This document shows positions 13,671-25,564 of a DNA stretch of 64,000 bases, in pieces; positions within the stretch are counted from its first letter, which is position 1; each line of letters starts with the position of its first letter. Below the pieces are notes generated by a model. That model saw only the letters and a program-made list of their open reading frames with translations. It searched no databases and was not told where the DNA came from. The stretch spans positions 1 through 64,000 of the forward strand of contig NIVC01000106.1 in assembly GCA_002269645.1 (NCBI GenBank), in the 5' to 3' direction. Position numbers and translations under genes: made by a program. Source of the stretch: Macrostomum lignano (lineage: Eukaryota).

Positions 13671-15645
13671 TTAAATTGGTGAATGAATCAGTGTCACCGA
13701 TAATTTTTGGTGAATGAATCAGTGTCACCAATAAATTTTGGTGAATGAATCAGTGTCACCAATAAATTTTGGTGAATGAATCAGTGTCACCAATAAATTT
13801 TGGTGAATGAATCAGTGTCACCAATAAATTTTAGTGAATGAATCAGTGTCACCAATAAATTTTGGTGAATGAATCAGTGTCACCAATAAATTTTGGTGAA
13901 TGAATCAGTGTCACCAATAAATTTTGGTGAATGAATCAGTGTCACCAATAAATTATGGTGAATGAATCAGTGTCACCAATAAATTATGATGAATGAATCA
14001 GTGTCACCAATAAATTTTAGTGAATGAATCAGTGTCACCAATAAATTTTGGTGAATGAATCAGTGTCACCAATAAATTATGGTGAATGAATCAGTGTCAC
14101 CAATAAATTATGATGAATGAATCAGTGTCACCAATAAATTTCGGTGAATGAATCAGCGTCACCAATAAATTTTAGTGAATGAATCAGCGTCACCAATAAA
14201 TTTCGGTGAATGAATCAGCGCCACCAATAAATTTCGGTGAATGAATCAGTGTCACCAATAAATTTTGGTGAATGAATCAGCGTCACCAATAAATTTCGGT
14301 GAATGAATCAGTGTCACCAATAAATTTCGGTGAATGAATCAGCGTCACCAATAAATTTCGGTGAATGAATCAGCGTCACCAATAAATTTCGGTGAATGAA
14401 TCAGCGTCACCAATAAATTTCGGTGAATGAATCAGTGTCACCAAAAAATTTCGGTGAATGAATCAGCGTCACCAATAAATATTGGTGAATGAATCAGCGT
14501 CACCAATAAATTTCGGTGAATGAATCAGCGTCACCAATAAATTTCGGTGAATGAATCAGTGTCACCAATAAATTTCGGTGAATGAATCAGTGTCACCAAT
14601 AAATTTCGGTGAATGAATCAGTGTCACCAATAAATTTCGGTGAATGAATCAGTGTCACCAATAAATATTGGTGAATGAATCAGCGTCACCAATAAATATT
14701 GGTGAATGAATCAGTGTCACCAATAAATTTCGGTGAATGAATCAGTGTAACCAATAAATTTCGGTGAATGAATCAGCGTCACCAATAAATTTCGGTGAAT
14801 GAATCAGCGTCACCAATAAATTTCGGTGAATGAATCAGCGTCACCAATAAATTTCGGTGAATGAATCAGTGTCACCAAAAAATTTCGGTGAATGAATCAG
14901 CGTCACCAATAAATATTGGTGAATGAATCAGCGTCACCAATAAATTTCGGTGAATGAATCAGTGTAACCAATAAATTTCGGTGAATGAATCAGTGTCACC
15001 AATAAATTTCGGTGAATGAATCAGCGTCACCAATAAATTTCGGTGAATGAATCAGTGTAACCAATAAATTTCGGTGAATGAATCAGTGTCACCAATAAAT
15101 TTCGGTGAATGAATCAGTGTCACCAATAAATTTCGGTGAATGAATCAGTGTCACCAATAAATTTCGGTGAATGAATCAGTGTCACCAATAAATATTGGTG
15201 AATGAATCAGTGTCACCAATAAATTTCGGTGAATGAATCAGTGTCACCAATAAATTTCGGTGAATGAATCAGTGTCACCAATAAATTTCGGTGAATGAAT
15301 CAGTGTCACCAATAAATTTCGGTGAATGAATCAGTGTCACCAATAAATATTGGTGAATGAATCAGCGTCACCAATAAATATTGGTGAATGAATCAGTGTC
15401 ACCAATAAATTTCGGTGAATGAATCAGTGTCACCAATAAATTTCGGTGAATGAATCAGTGTAACCAATAAATTTCGGTGAATGAATCAGCGTCACCAATA
15501 AATTTCGGTGAATGAATCAGTGTAACCAATAAATTTCGGTGAATGAATCAGTGTCACCAATAAATATTGGTGAATGAATCAGCGTCACCAATAAATTTCG
15601 GTGAATGAATCAGTGTCACCAATAAAACCTGGTGAATGAATCAGT
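13671..15645. repeat. Tandem satellite, 31-bp unit GGTGAATGAATCAGTGTCACCAATAAATTTC (~60 copies)
   Basis: Contiguous copies with an internal GGTGA/TCACC inverted repeat and no unique spacers. Confidence 0.95.
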
Positions 15646-16149
15646 GACTAATTAATTTTCCTGAACAAATTTGAAGCAATTCTGAGAAGCGTCGAAGTTT
15701 TCAATCATTGCCTGTAAAAAGCTCAGCCGGGCTTCTGTTTGCAAGAAAGGCCAAAGAACCAAAGCATTATTGCTGGCGCAAGAAACATTAACAATGCAAA
15801 GACATTCTTCCTACATTGATAGGTCGTCCATCAATCAATCAACAGAAAAGTTATTCGGATGCTCTCAATCTCGAGCTAAAAGCCGCGCGCCTGCCGCAAT
15901 CCTTGCCAACCGGATCAAAGCATTCTGCATGCATCTTGGATTGTTGCCGCTAAATTTTGCTATCTCGATTACGACAGAAAAACTCTGCTCATTGAAGCTT
16001 GCTAGCTGAGCATGGATTTTTCTGGCTAAACAACTGGAGACGAACTGCAGCGTTAATAAATGTCTTTAAAACAGTAGTCGACAGGCTTTTGTTAACCTCA
16101 AGGGCCAGAGAGAGAATCCAGCTCATGGCTGCGGGCCAGATGAGAGTGG

Positions 16150-16295
16150 AAAAGATCGGGAATAGAAAATGAGAGATGAGAGGAGATGCGAGAGATTGAA
16201 TGAGAGAAGAGATAAGGGAAAATATAAGAGGGGAGAGGGGAGAAGAGGAGAGACAGGGAGAGAAGAGAGAGGGAGGGGGAGAGAAGAGAGACAGG

Positions 16296-16390
<95 letters not shown>

Positions 16391-16810
16391 AAAGAAGAGA
16401 AGAGCGAGGGGGAGAGAGAAGAGTGGGAAGAAAAAAGAGAGTGGAGAGAAGAGACACAGGGGAGATGAGAGAAGGGAGAGAAGAGAGAGGGGAGAGAAGA
16501 GAGAGGGGAGGTGAGGAGAGATGGGAGGGAAGAGAGAGGAGAGATGAGGCGGGGGAGGTGAGGAGAGATGGGAGCAAAGAGAGAGGTGAGATAAGAAAGA
16601 GGGGAGAGGAGAGAGACAGGGGAGAGAAGAGAGAGGGGAGGTGAGAAGAGATGAGAGAAGAAAGAGAGGAGAGGAGAGAGGGGAGAGAAGAGAGACAGGG
16701 GAGAGAAAGGAAGAAGAGAGAGGGGGAGGAGGAGGGGAGGTGAGGAGAGATGGGAGGGAAGAGAGAGACAGGGGAGAGAGGAGAGAAGAGGACAGAGCTG
16801 AGAAGAGACA
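16150..16810. repeat. Polypurine tract with pure (GA)n core at ~16300-16385
   Basis: Visible; produces spurious RE/SL ORFs. Confidence 0.9.
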
Positions 16811-17829
16811 AAACTTAAGCGGACGAGATTCCTATTGTAAAGTTTACCCGAGGGCCGGAGTTGACCTATACTTGCTTCTTTTGTAATTTGAAGTCCAGAA
16901 GGTGCGATATCATATTGTGAATTTTAGTGCTAAACTTTTCAGCAAAGCCCGGCGGCCTCCAGCGAAAGTTACACGATTTTTGAAAATATGCTGCGGTCGT
17001 GAATTAAGTGAATAGCCTCTCCAGACACTCTCTTTAGTACTCCTCGGTCAGGGCTAATTGATGATGGTCCCAGCGCTGCCAAATCCTATACAGATGACGC
17101 GGACTCAAGATCTTTATCGACAAGTGTGGGTAAAACCAAGCTGCGGGATTAAGTGCAGTCCAACCCCTCACGGGTTCTTTTCTTACACAAGATTGCTCTT
17201 TCAATCTGGAGCGCTCGCTGGGCATCTTCTCCTCGTGCTTCTTTGCCGCTTTCCTGCGGCAGTCTCGCGCTCCGCGTTCCCACAGATTCCCTCCACAGTC
17301 AACAACATCAGTTTGGTAGATCTCTACGACCGCCCCCCGGCCTCGCGGCCACATTCAGTTTATTGGGACTGTGCACGGAATTGGCTATTCAGGCTTTTTG
17401 TGCAATTCACACCCAGAGCCAATCCCCCACGGCACAGAGAGTGTACATGCGATTAGAAAGTCTGGACCGCTGTTCACCCCGTCTCGAAAGGTGTCGATTT
17501 TTCCAGACGTATATTAAAATAATTAACAACCTGACCTTAACAGGTATAGATAAAGCTAAGGAACAGCAAGGAACCTAATGACAGGGAACTACCAAAAGTT
17601 AAAACCAGCAAAATTATCCATTAACTCGTAGACCAGTAGTAGCCTAGACCGGTCACCCAACCCGTAAATATAGCTGTTTTAAAAATTCATAGAGGATTGT
17701 TTTCTTAATGAATTATAACTGGTCTGTCCGTGTTTAATGACTGTGCCTCTACATTAAAAGCTATTTTGAGTCTAAAAATCTCGGAAATTCTGGTTTGCTT
17801 CTTTTGTCTATCTACCAGTATCTTAGTGT

Positions 17830-17882
17830 CTGTCTTAGTGTCTGTGTTTGTCTGTCTGTCTGTCTCTCTGTCTGTCTATCTT

Positions 17883-17937
<55 letters not shown>

Positions 17938-17944
17938 GCCTTAG

Positions 17945-17981
<37 letters not shown>

Positions 17982-17988
17982 GCCTTAG

Positions 17989-18021
<33 letters not shown>

Positions 18022-18070
18022 TTCTGTCTGCCTTAGCGTCTGTCTGTCTTAGTGTCTGTCTTAGTGTTTA
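17830..18070. repeat. (TCTG)n microsatellite
   Basis: Visible tetranucleotide repeat. Confidence 0.9.
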
Positions 18071-18395
18071 GTATCTATCAGTAAACAAGACAAACTGCAG
18101 AAAAACTAGGAAATCATATACTACTGACAAGTAAGCATCGAAGATTAAACAGAGCGGATGGCATGAGTATATTGACACAAACTAAATAAAGGCAAAGAAG
18201 AAAGACAATCGCATAAAGAAGCAACAATTTACTGTTCATTTCGATTGGTTTGCTTATAGGATTAAGATAACAATCTTAACGGACATCGTTGTCACAAAAA
18301 GAAAGAAGAAAATGACGCTGAAAAAAATGCGCAACCAATGACACGTGGAGTGGATCATAACCAAATAATTAAAAGTGCGCAGCAATCAGAACCTC

Positions 18396-21300
18396 TCATT
18401 CATTGAAGTCAGACAGACACAGAGCTTCGTAGGAAGAGAATCCCACAGACTGGAGCATGCCTCGCTGGGCAAACTCCTTCAGCCTGCTGACTGCGCAGCC
18501 ACTTCCTGGACTGTCGCCATCGGCGCAAAACGTCAGCCGATCGGTTAAATCTCGACCATTGTACATCAGTCTGAACCTGGTAGGATTAGAATTTACATCA
18601 CCTGACAACAGTTCGAACGCTAGATTAGCAGCCAGTCGAGGCCAAGTTCCATCCCAGATGCCCAACGAATGCAGTAGAAACTCAAGCGTATTATCGTGAC
18701 CGGAGAACAAAGACACGGACAGAGACTCTTCCGAATGTGTCAAGAGCCGATTGGCCAAGTCCAGCAGCAGAGGCCGAGCGTGCGCCACAGCCAGGCGACT
18801 GTAGAGCTGACTCAACCGTTTCTTACCAGTCATCATGAGGCGACTCACAGAGTTGTGCGCCTGCAACAGATCCGCTGGCGGGTCAGCTGATAGCAGCGAA
18901 GAAGCGGGTGATGAGAGCAGGCTCAATAGCGAGCTGGCGTTGCCAGACCAGCAGCGTAGGGGGAGCAGCAGGTCGAGCAGAGCCGAGTCTTTCACCGGTT
19001 CGTCGAATAGCGAGCTTTGGAGAATTGAAAAGGGGAGGAGGCAATGAGAGTGCCGCTATTCTAAATAGCCCTGACTACTCTACTCTACTAAGCTCAAGCC
19101 TACAATCTTATAAACTTAAATGTACTCCATTTTGATCCTCTACTCTACTCTACCCGACTCTAACCTACTCTACTCAACTCCAATCTACTCTACTCAACTC
19201 CAATCTACTTTACTCAACTCCAATCTACTCTACTCAACTCTAACCTACTCAACTCAACTCTAACCTACTCTACTCTACTCAACTCCAATCTACTCTACTC
19301 AACTCCAATCTACTCAACTCAACTCCAATCTACTCTACTCAACTCTAACCTACTCAACTCAACTCTAACCTACTCTACTCTACTCAACTCCAATCTACTC
19401 TACTCAACTCCAATCTACTCTACTCAACTCCAATCTACTCAACTCAACTCCAATCTACTCTACTCAACTCCAATCTACTCAACTCAACTCTAACCTACTC
19501 AACTCAACTCTAACCTACTCTACTCTACTCAACTCCAATCTACTCTACTCAACTCCAACCTACTCTACTCAACTCCAACCAACTTTTCTCAATTCCAATC
19601 TACTCTACTCAACTCCAATCTACTCTACTCAACTCAACTCCAATCTACTCTACTCAACTCCAATCTACTCTACTCAACTCCAATCTACTCAACTCAACTC
19701 CAATCTACTCTACTCAACTCCAATCTACTCAACTCAACTCCAATCTACTCTACTCAACTCCAATCTACTCAACTCAACTCTAACCTACTCAACTCAACTC
19801 CAATCTACTTTACTCAACTCCAATCTACTCTACTCAACTCTAACCTACTCAACTCAACTCTAACCTACTCTACTCTACTCAACTCCAATCTACTCTACTC
19901 AACTCCAACCTACTCTACTCAACTCCAACCAACTTTTCTCAATTCCAATCTACTCTACTCAACTCCAATCTACTCTACTCAACTCCAATCTACTCAACTC
20001 AACTCCAATCTACTCTACTCAACTCCAATCTACTCTACTCAACTCCAATCTACTCTACTCAACTCCAATCTACTCTACTCAACTCCAATCTACTCTACTC
20101 AACTCTAACCTACTCTACTCAAACTCTACGTGACTCTACATACCTACTTCTCATCAACCTACCCCGCAAGCCCGCAATAGGCCTCACCGGTAAGCGTCCA
20201 CCAGCTGCTCATAGTGCCGCTCCCTCAGCCGCCAGCGCCGCCGGCTAATCCTACGGGTCAGCCGGGGCAGCAGGGGGCAGGCGGGGCATTCGCCCGGTCC
20301 TGGGCACAGTCGAAAATCGGCGGAAATTTCCACCGGCTGGCGGGCGGCTTGGCCTTCGCCGTCGCTGTCTACAGAGTGGCCGTCGCCGTCGCCTTCGCTG
20401 TTGACGTAGAAGCCGTAAAGAACGCCGCTTAGGGTGCTGAGAGTTCTCGGGGAGGCGCTACTCCGGGCATGGGATATTCGAGGACCTCTGGTTTTATGAG
20501 GAATGTAGTAGGCCCGGCGTATCGCGCGGCCAAGCTCGTAAGCCTGAAGATAGAGTGAGTTGGGTGCTAGGCGGAGTGAGGTGGGTGTCTAGCGGAGTGA
20601 GGTGGGTGCTGGGCGGAGTAGGGTGGGTGCTGGGCGGAGTGGGGTGGGTGCTGGGCGGAGTGAGGTGGGTGTCTAGCGGAGTGGGGTGGGTGTCTAGCGG
20701 AGTGAGGTGGGTGCTGGGCGGAGTGAGGTGGGTGCTGGGCGGAGTAGGGTGGGTGCTGGGCGGAGTGGGGTGGGTGCTGGGCGGAGTGAGGTGGGTGTCT
20801 AGCGGAGTGAGGTGGGTGTCTAGCGGAGTGAGGTGGGTGCTAGGCGGAGTGAGGTGGGTGTCTAGCGGAGTGAGGTGGGTGCTGGGCGGAGTGGGATGGG
20901 TGCTAGGCGGAGTGAGGTGGGTGCTGGCCGGAGTGGGGTGGGTGCTAGGCGGAGTGAGGTGGGTGCTGGGCGGAGTGGGGTGGGTGCTTGGCGGAGTGAG
21001 GTGGGTGTCTAGCGGAGTGAGGTGGGTGCTGGGCGGAGTGAGGTGGGTGCTGGGCGGAGTGAGGCGGGTCGTGGATGCCTATTACGGATTGAAGTATGCT
21101 AATTAGATGGAGGTAGGCGATAAGCTAGGTATTGAATGGACAGCGCAAAAGGGGACAATCAGGGATTTTATATGGCAACTTAACTATCGGCAGCAATATA
21201 AATTTCCATTAATTACCTGCACCAGACCAATAGGAGTCAGGTGACCCGACTGGCACACGTCGGCTTCCTCATAAAATCGTCTAGAAGTCCTCGTGGCAAA

Positions 21301-21884
21301 GGAATCCCCGCCAGCAGCCGCGGGCACAGATTGAGTCAGCTTGGGCAGCCGGTCCAACATCTGACGCGTTGACCAATCTAGTTTGGCTCGCAGCCATTCG
21401 GGCGCTGAGGTCACCTCCGCCAGTCGGCACGATCGTCGATGATAGACGTTTCGTAGAACAGTCGGCACAAACGAGGAATCGTCCAGACGGGTCAGCGGCA
21501 TTCGATCGCCGTGTCGGAACACAACCAGCAATGCTCGGACTCGATGGCCAGCAACATTAGACGACGCAAGACGGTCGAGTTCTTGTCGATGCCAACGGCC
21601 AGTGTGCACCGGCGAGTTGCAATAGCGAGCGGCCTCCGACAGCAGCTGCTGGGTGTCGTCGTTGCCAAGGCGACGAGAGGTGGATGAAGACTGCGCATTA
21701 GCGGGTGACTTGTTCAAATGCCTAGCACTTTCATTGAGCAGGGGAAAACTTGGCCACCAAGGCTGAGCAGCCAGGTAGAGCAGAATCACCGACCCGATCG
21801 ACAAGCAGGCGACAGTCGCAACGCAGCGACGTATTCGTCGAGCACCAGCAAATTGTCGCCAAAACAGAATGAATTTGTAGGTTA
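18396..21884 (-). CDS. PXYLP1: Histidine acid phosphatase, 2-phosphoxylose phosphatase 1-like; exons ~21884-21217, 20543-20188, 19014-18396
   Basis: Catalytic RHGDRMP in exon 1 and SGHD in exon 3. Type II membrane anchor (ARRIRRCVATVACLSIGSVILLYL). Exon 2 (absent from the ORF track) reads AYELGRAIRRAY...SPRTLSTLSGVLYGFY...CPACPLL. GT-AG junctions are phase-consistent (0, 2). C-terminal PRLAANLAFEL...RLMYNGRDLT..FC resembles PXYLP1/ACPL2. Start codon unresolved. Confidence 0.85.
19130..20125. repeat. Intronic minisatellite, ~20-bp unit CTACTCTACTCAACTCCAAT
   Basis: Fills most of intron 2 of the phosphatase gene. Confidence 0.9.
20555..21065. repeat. Intronic G-rich minisatellite, 21-bp unit GGGTGCTGGGCGGAGTGAGGT
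   Basis: Fills intron 1 of the phosphatase gene. Confidence 0.9.
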
Positions 21885-21959
21885 GTCAGCTGCATAGTGT
21901 TATGGCTTGATGTGAGGTAGTACAAATTGTTTTAACTGGCTGGCGTAATGGCAAGGGTG

Positions 21960-22400
21960 TCTACTGTAGAGAGGTGGGTGTCTAGCGAAGTGGGATGGGT
22001 GTTTCGAGGAGTGAGGTTGGTGTCTAGCGGAGTGGGGTGGGTTTTTAGAGGAGTGAGGTGGGTGTCTAGCGGAGTGGGGTGGGTGTGTTTCGAGGAGAGA
22101 GGTGGGTGTCTAGCGAAGTGGGTGGGTGTTTCAAGGAGAGAGGTGGGTGTCTAGCGAAGTGGGGTGGCTGTTTCGAGGAAAGAGGTGGGTGTCTAGCGGA
22201 GTGGGTGGGTGTTTCGAGGAGTGGAGTGGGTGTCTAGTGGAGTGGGGTGGGTGTTTCGAGGAGTGGAGTGGATGTCTAGTGGAGTGGGGTGAGTGTTTAT
22301 AGGAGTAGGGTGGGTGTCTAGCGGAGTGGGGGTGGGTGTTTCGAGGAGTGGAGGTGGGTGTTTCGAGGAGTAGAGTGGGTGTCTAGTGGAGTGAGGTGGC
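21960..22400. repeat. Degenerate G-rich 21-bp minisatellite related to the array at 20555-21065
   Basis: Shares the GGGTGTCTAGCGGAGTG core. Confidence 0.8.
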
Positions 22401-23204
22401 TTTCTAGTGTAGTTATGCAGCTGTCTATACAAATTCGTTCTAAGAAGAAAAAACTAGCGTACGATAATCAAAATATTGAATAAATTACTCAAACGCAAGG
22501 ATGTTTTCACAGCTTCGGTGATCAGCTACCAGCTCATAGAAATGAAGCACAGCATTATAGTTTCAATGTAACGTGTTTTTTTGAAGCAATACTCAAGCTG
22601 CCAGTGAATAGTAATCAAAAACATACTGTAGGTCAGGTGATTTACGAGCTACCATTCAGGTACTACATGGAAACACGAATAAAATGTAAAAGCGCAATAG
22701 TTAAACTCTATATACATTTTAAAGTGTGACGAAGTGCGAACACAGAGAAAAATACACGCATTTATACACGAACTCGGATATCAGTAAATAAATGAGAATA
22801 AGAGTAAAAATGCTGGAAAAAATTTATCTACGAGTAGTTTAATCAAATTACACCAATATTAACCTTGTGCTCTGCAATAATGCAACTACTAATAGTAAGA
22901 TAAAAACAACGATTCAACACAGAAACAGCACATGCAAATACCCACGGGGTAAATAATTTAAAAAAACGGACTTAACAAAAAATACTTCGAAATGCGTGAT
23001 ATTTGCAGTAAACCATTAGACTTAAATCATAGAATTTCATACGATATAAGGTGTAATCCTATATACTAAAAATTAGTACATTCATGTATATGTTAGGAAT
23101 TTAGAAAGGTTTAGATATGTAGACTAGGTAAATAAATTGGCATATGGGTATTCTGATAGACAGGTACTCGTAGGCACGTAGGAAGGCAGGAAGGTAGTTA
23201 AGTT

Positions 23205-23720
23205 AGCCCGATGAAAATGGTACTTAAACCAAGAAGCATTCTAGAGTCACTTGCGTTGCCCCAGCTTTGTTTCAAAGTTGTTGCAGGTAACACAGGTAAA
23301 ATAGGATAAGTGACTCTAGGCGACTCTAGGACCTAGGTAGGAGTCGCCAAAAAGTCGTCAATTAGTTGTCCTAAGAGTCAATTTGGGGCGTCTTATTGTT
23401 TGCGACTTCTAAATGACTCTTGGGCCGCAGAGTCGTATCCAAGGCGTGCCAGAGTCGCTGCAGAATCACTGAGTTGCATCTAAAGTGCACCTGGGTGACT
23501 TCATAAATCAGGATCGCATTTTGCATTTTTAACAACTCTATTCAGTCTACTTGAGTTAGTAGAAATCCAAGCGCCAACACAACGACTCTCTGCTAGACGA
23601 CTTTTTCGCAGCTCTTACGATTGTACAACGCACGTTAAGAGTTCACGTTACAGTCGCCTCTCAGTCGTACATGTATTGCAGTCGTTTGAGTCGTTAAAAA
23701 GTCACAAGAATCGCCCGAGA
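23205..23720. repeat. Dispersed repeat family member (second copy at ~35825-36530)
   Basis: Collinear shared segments, e.g. AAGAAGCA..AGAGTCAC, GCAGGTAACACAG.TAAAATAGG, GACTCTAG.CGACTCTA, AACAACTCTATT.AGTCTACTT.AGTTAGTA, GCGC.AACACAACGAC. Class not determined. Confidence 0.7.
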
Positions 23721-23881
23721 GTTGTTTGCAATGACACTATAGCAATTCTTGTCCCGGTTAAGTTTTCAACGGTCAGGTTGGCTGTGCAGGCAGAAACAGA
23801 CGAGCAGTTTGTAAAAATGAATACCAAAAGAGAAAGAAAAAATTTTGAACAAAACAAAAGGTACGGAAATGAATAACTCCA

Positions 23882-24463
23882 TCAACGCCGAGAACAGTAC
23901 AGCCTGTACTTGCACAGCAGAGATCGGTTTGGCACGCTCTCCATCAGCGAATCCTGCCCAGTAGCCGAGTTCAACGGTTCGGCCATAGACAGTTCAAGCT
24001 CGGGCTCAGCAGCACAGGGAGAAGCGCCTGGCGGTACAGGTGTACTCGAAGCTCGACCAGCGCTTGCCGAACCATCATTATTAACAAACTCATCACAATT
24101 ATTGTCTGTCAACTTTGACAGCGACAATAAATTTAATAAACCAGCAGCTTCGCAATCGTCATCAAAATTGTATTCATCATCGCCTGCTTTGACTGCAGCT
24201 TCATCCAGGATGCTGAGATCGCTAGCAGACATTGGTAAGCACTTGTCCGATGATGCTGAAGACTCTGATAAGCATGAATCGTCGGGATTCGAGCACAAAG
24301 GAATGGTTCGACTAGCAATGTTACTGCTACTAGGAGCAGAGACTGCAACAACGTGCAAACAGCATCGACATCCTTTGGCCAGATGGCGTTGAATTAACAT
24401 CCTAAGCTGCCGGCAAGAGGGCTCTACAAGTATTTGATGCGACGAGGTGGACATTCGATGCAT
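23882..24463 (-). CDS. Possible single-exon protein of unknown function (193 aa, Ser/Asp-rich)
   Basis: ATG-initiated, non-repetitive ORF in a moderately GC-rich island flanked by AT-rich DNA; no recognisable domain. Confidence 0.35.
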   Translation of the reverse strand: MHRMSTSSHQILVEPSCRQLRMLIQRHLAKGCRCCLHVVAVSAPSSSNIASRTIPLCSNPDDSCLSESSASSDKCLPMSASDLSILDEAAVKAGDDEYNFDDDCEAAGLLNLLSLSKLTDNNCDEFVNNDGSASAGRASSTPVPPGASPCAAEPELELSMAEPLNSATGQDSLMESVPNRSLLCKYRLYCSRR

Positions 24464-24524
24464 GAAAAGTTTAAATTAAAATACACGATTTTTTAAAATA
24501 TGATTCTCTTTCAAGGGCGCTCGT

Positions 24525-24885
24525 CTCGTAGGCAGTGGCGCCCCTGTCTCTTAGGTAGTGGGCGTCTCTGTCTCTTAGGTAGTGGGCACCCCTGTCTCTT
24601 AGGTAGTGGGCACCCCTGTCTCTTAGGTAGTGGGCGTCTCTGTCTCTTAGGTAGTGGGCACCCCTGTCTCTTAGGTAGTGGGCGTCTCTGTCTCTTAGGT
24701 AGTGGGCACCCCTGTCTCTTAGGTAGTGGGCGTCTCTGTCTCTTAGGTAGTGGATGCCCCTGTCTCTTAGGTATTGAGCGCCCCTGTCTCTTAGGTAGTG
24801 AGCGCCCCTGTCTCTTAGGTATTGAGCGCCCCTGTCTCTTAGGTATTGAGCGCCCCTGTCTCTTAGGTATTGAGCGCCCCTGGCC
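24525..24885. repeat. Tandem minisatellite, 24-bp unit GGGCACCCCTGTCTCTTAGGTAGT
   Basis: Visible periodicity. Confidence 0.9.
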
Positions 24886-25564
24886 CTGTCTCTTGGTGGC
24901 CACCCCTTTTCTCTTGAAGCGATGCCACAAATGAAAAGAGCAGAAGAACAAACAAATTGAGTCTAAATAGACGAAGCGCTATCTATTTTGCTAGCTATAT
25001 TTGCTTAGAAAGAAAGAACACAATTTTTTTGGTTGGAAGGACGTACGTCTATTTTAATTTGTTTCCTAATACTTTAAATTGCTATTAAATTGCTAGAGTG
25101 CAGAAAAGGTTGAATAAAAGACAGACTAAATAATAAGTAAGAAGCTTCTAAAGTGTTCACGAAAACTATTATTCACTCGGATAACACTATGGAAAAACAG
25201 GCGATTGCGATGCCAAGCAACATTCTATAGTAGACTACTTAGAGCAGAACTTGTTTAGCTGGTATCTTGACTAAAGAAAAAAAGCATAGCTTATAGATGG
25301 TAGATAACTTAAAAAAGCAAATAACATGCGATGAAAGTCTAGACATAAGCGCTTGAAAGCTGTGATTCTCTTAAATATTTCTACTTCAAAACATTTTAAA
25401 TCGGGGGAGTTAAAAGTACAGCTATGCAAAATCCGATCATTAATAACTAAGTTGCGAGGCGGCGGTCCACTACTCAATACGACAGGACACAACAAGCTTA
25501 CACAAAAAACGTCACGGTCACAAATGATTATTCTGTTAAATAAATCATCTCTCTACGATTCAAA

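Noticed and set aside
13671-15645. CRISPR array
   Set aside because: Palindromic ~31-bp units are contiguous with no unique spacers; no cas genes; eukaryotic context.
17034-17578. Overlapping 106-141-aa ORFs
   Set aside because: No recognisable domain or splice-consistent link to neighbouring genes.
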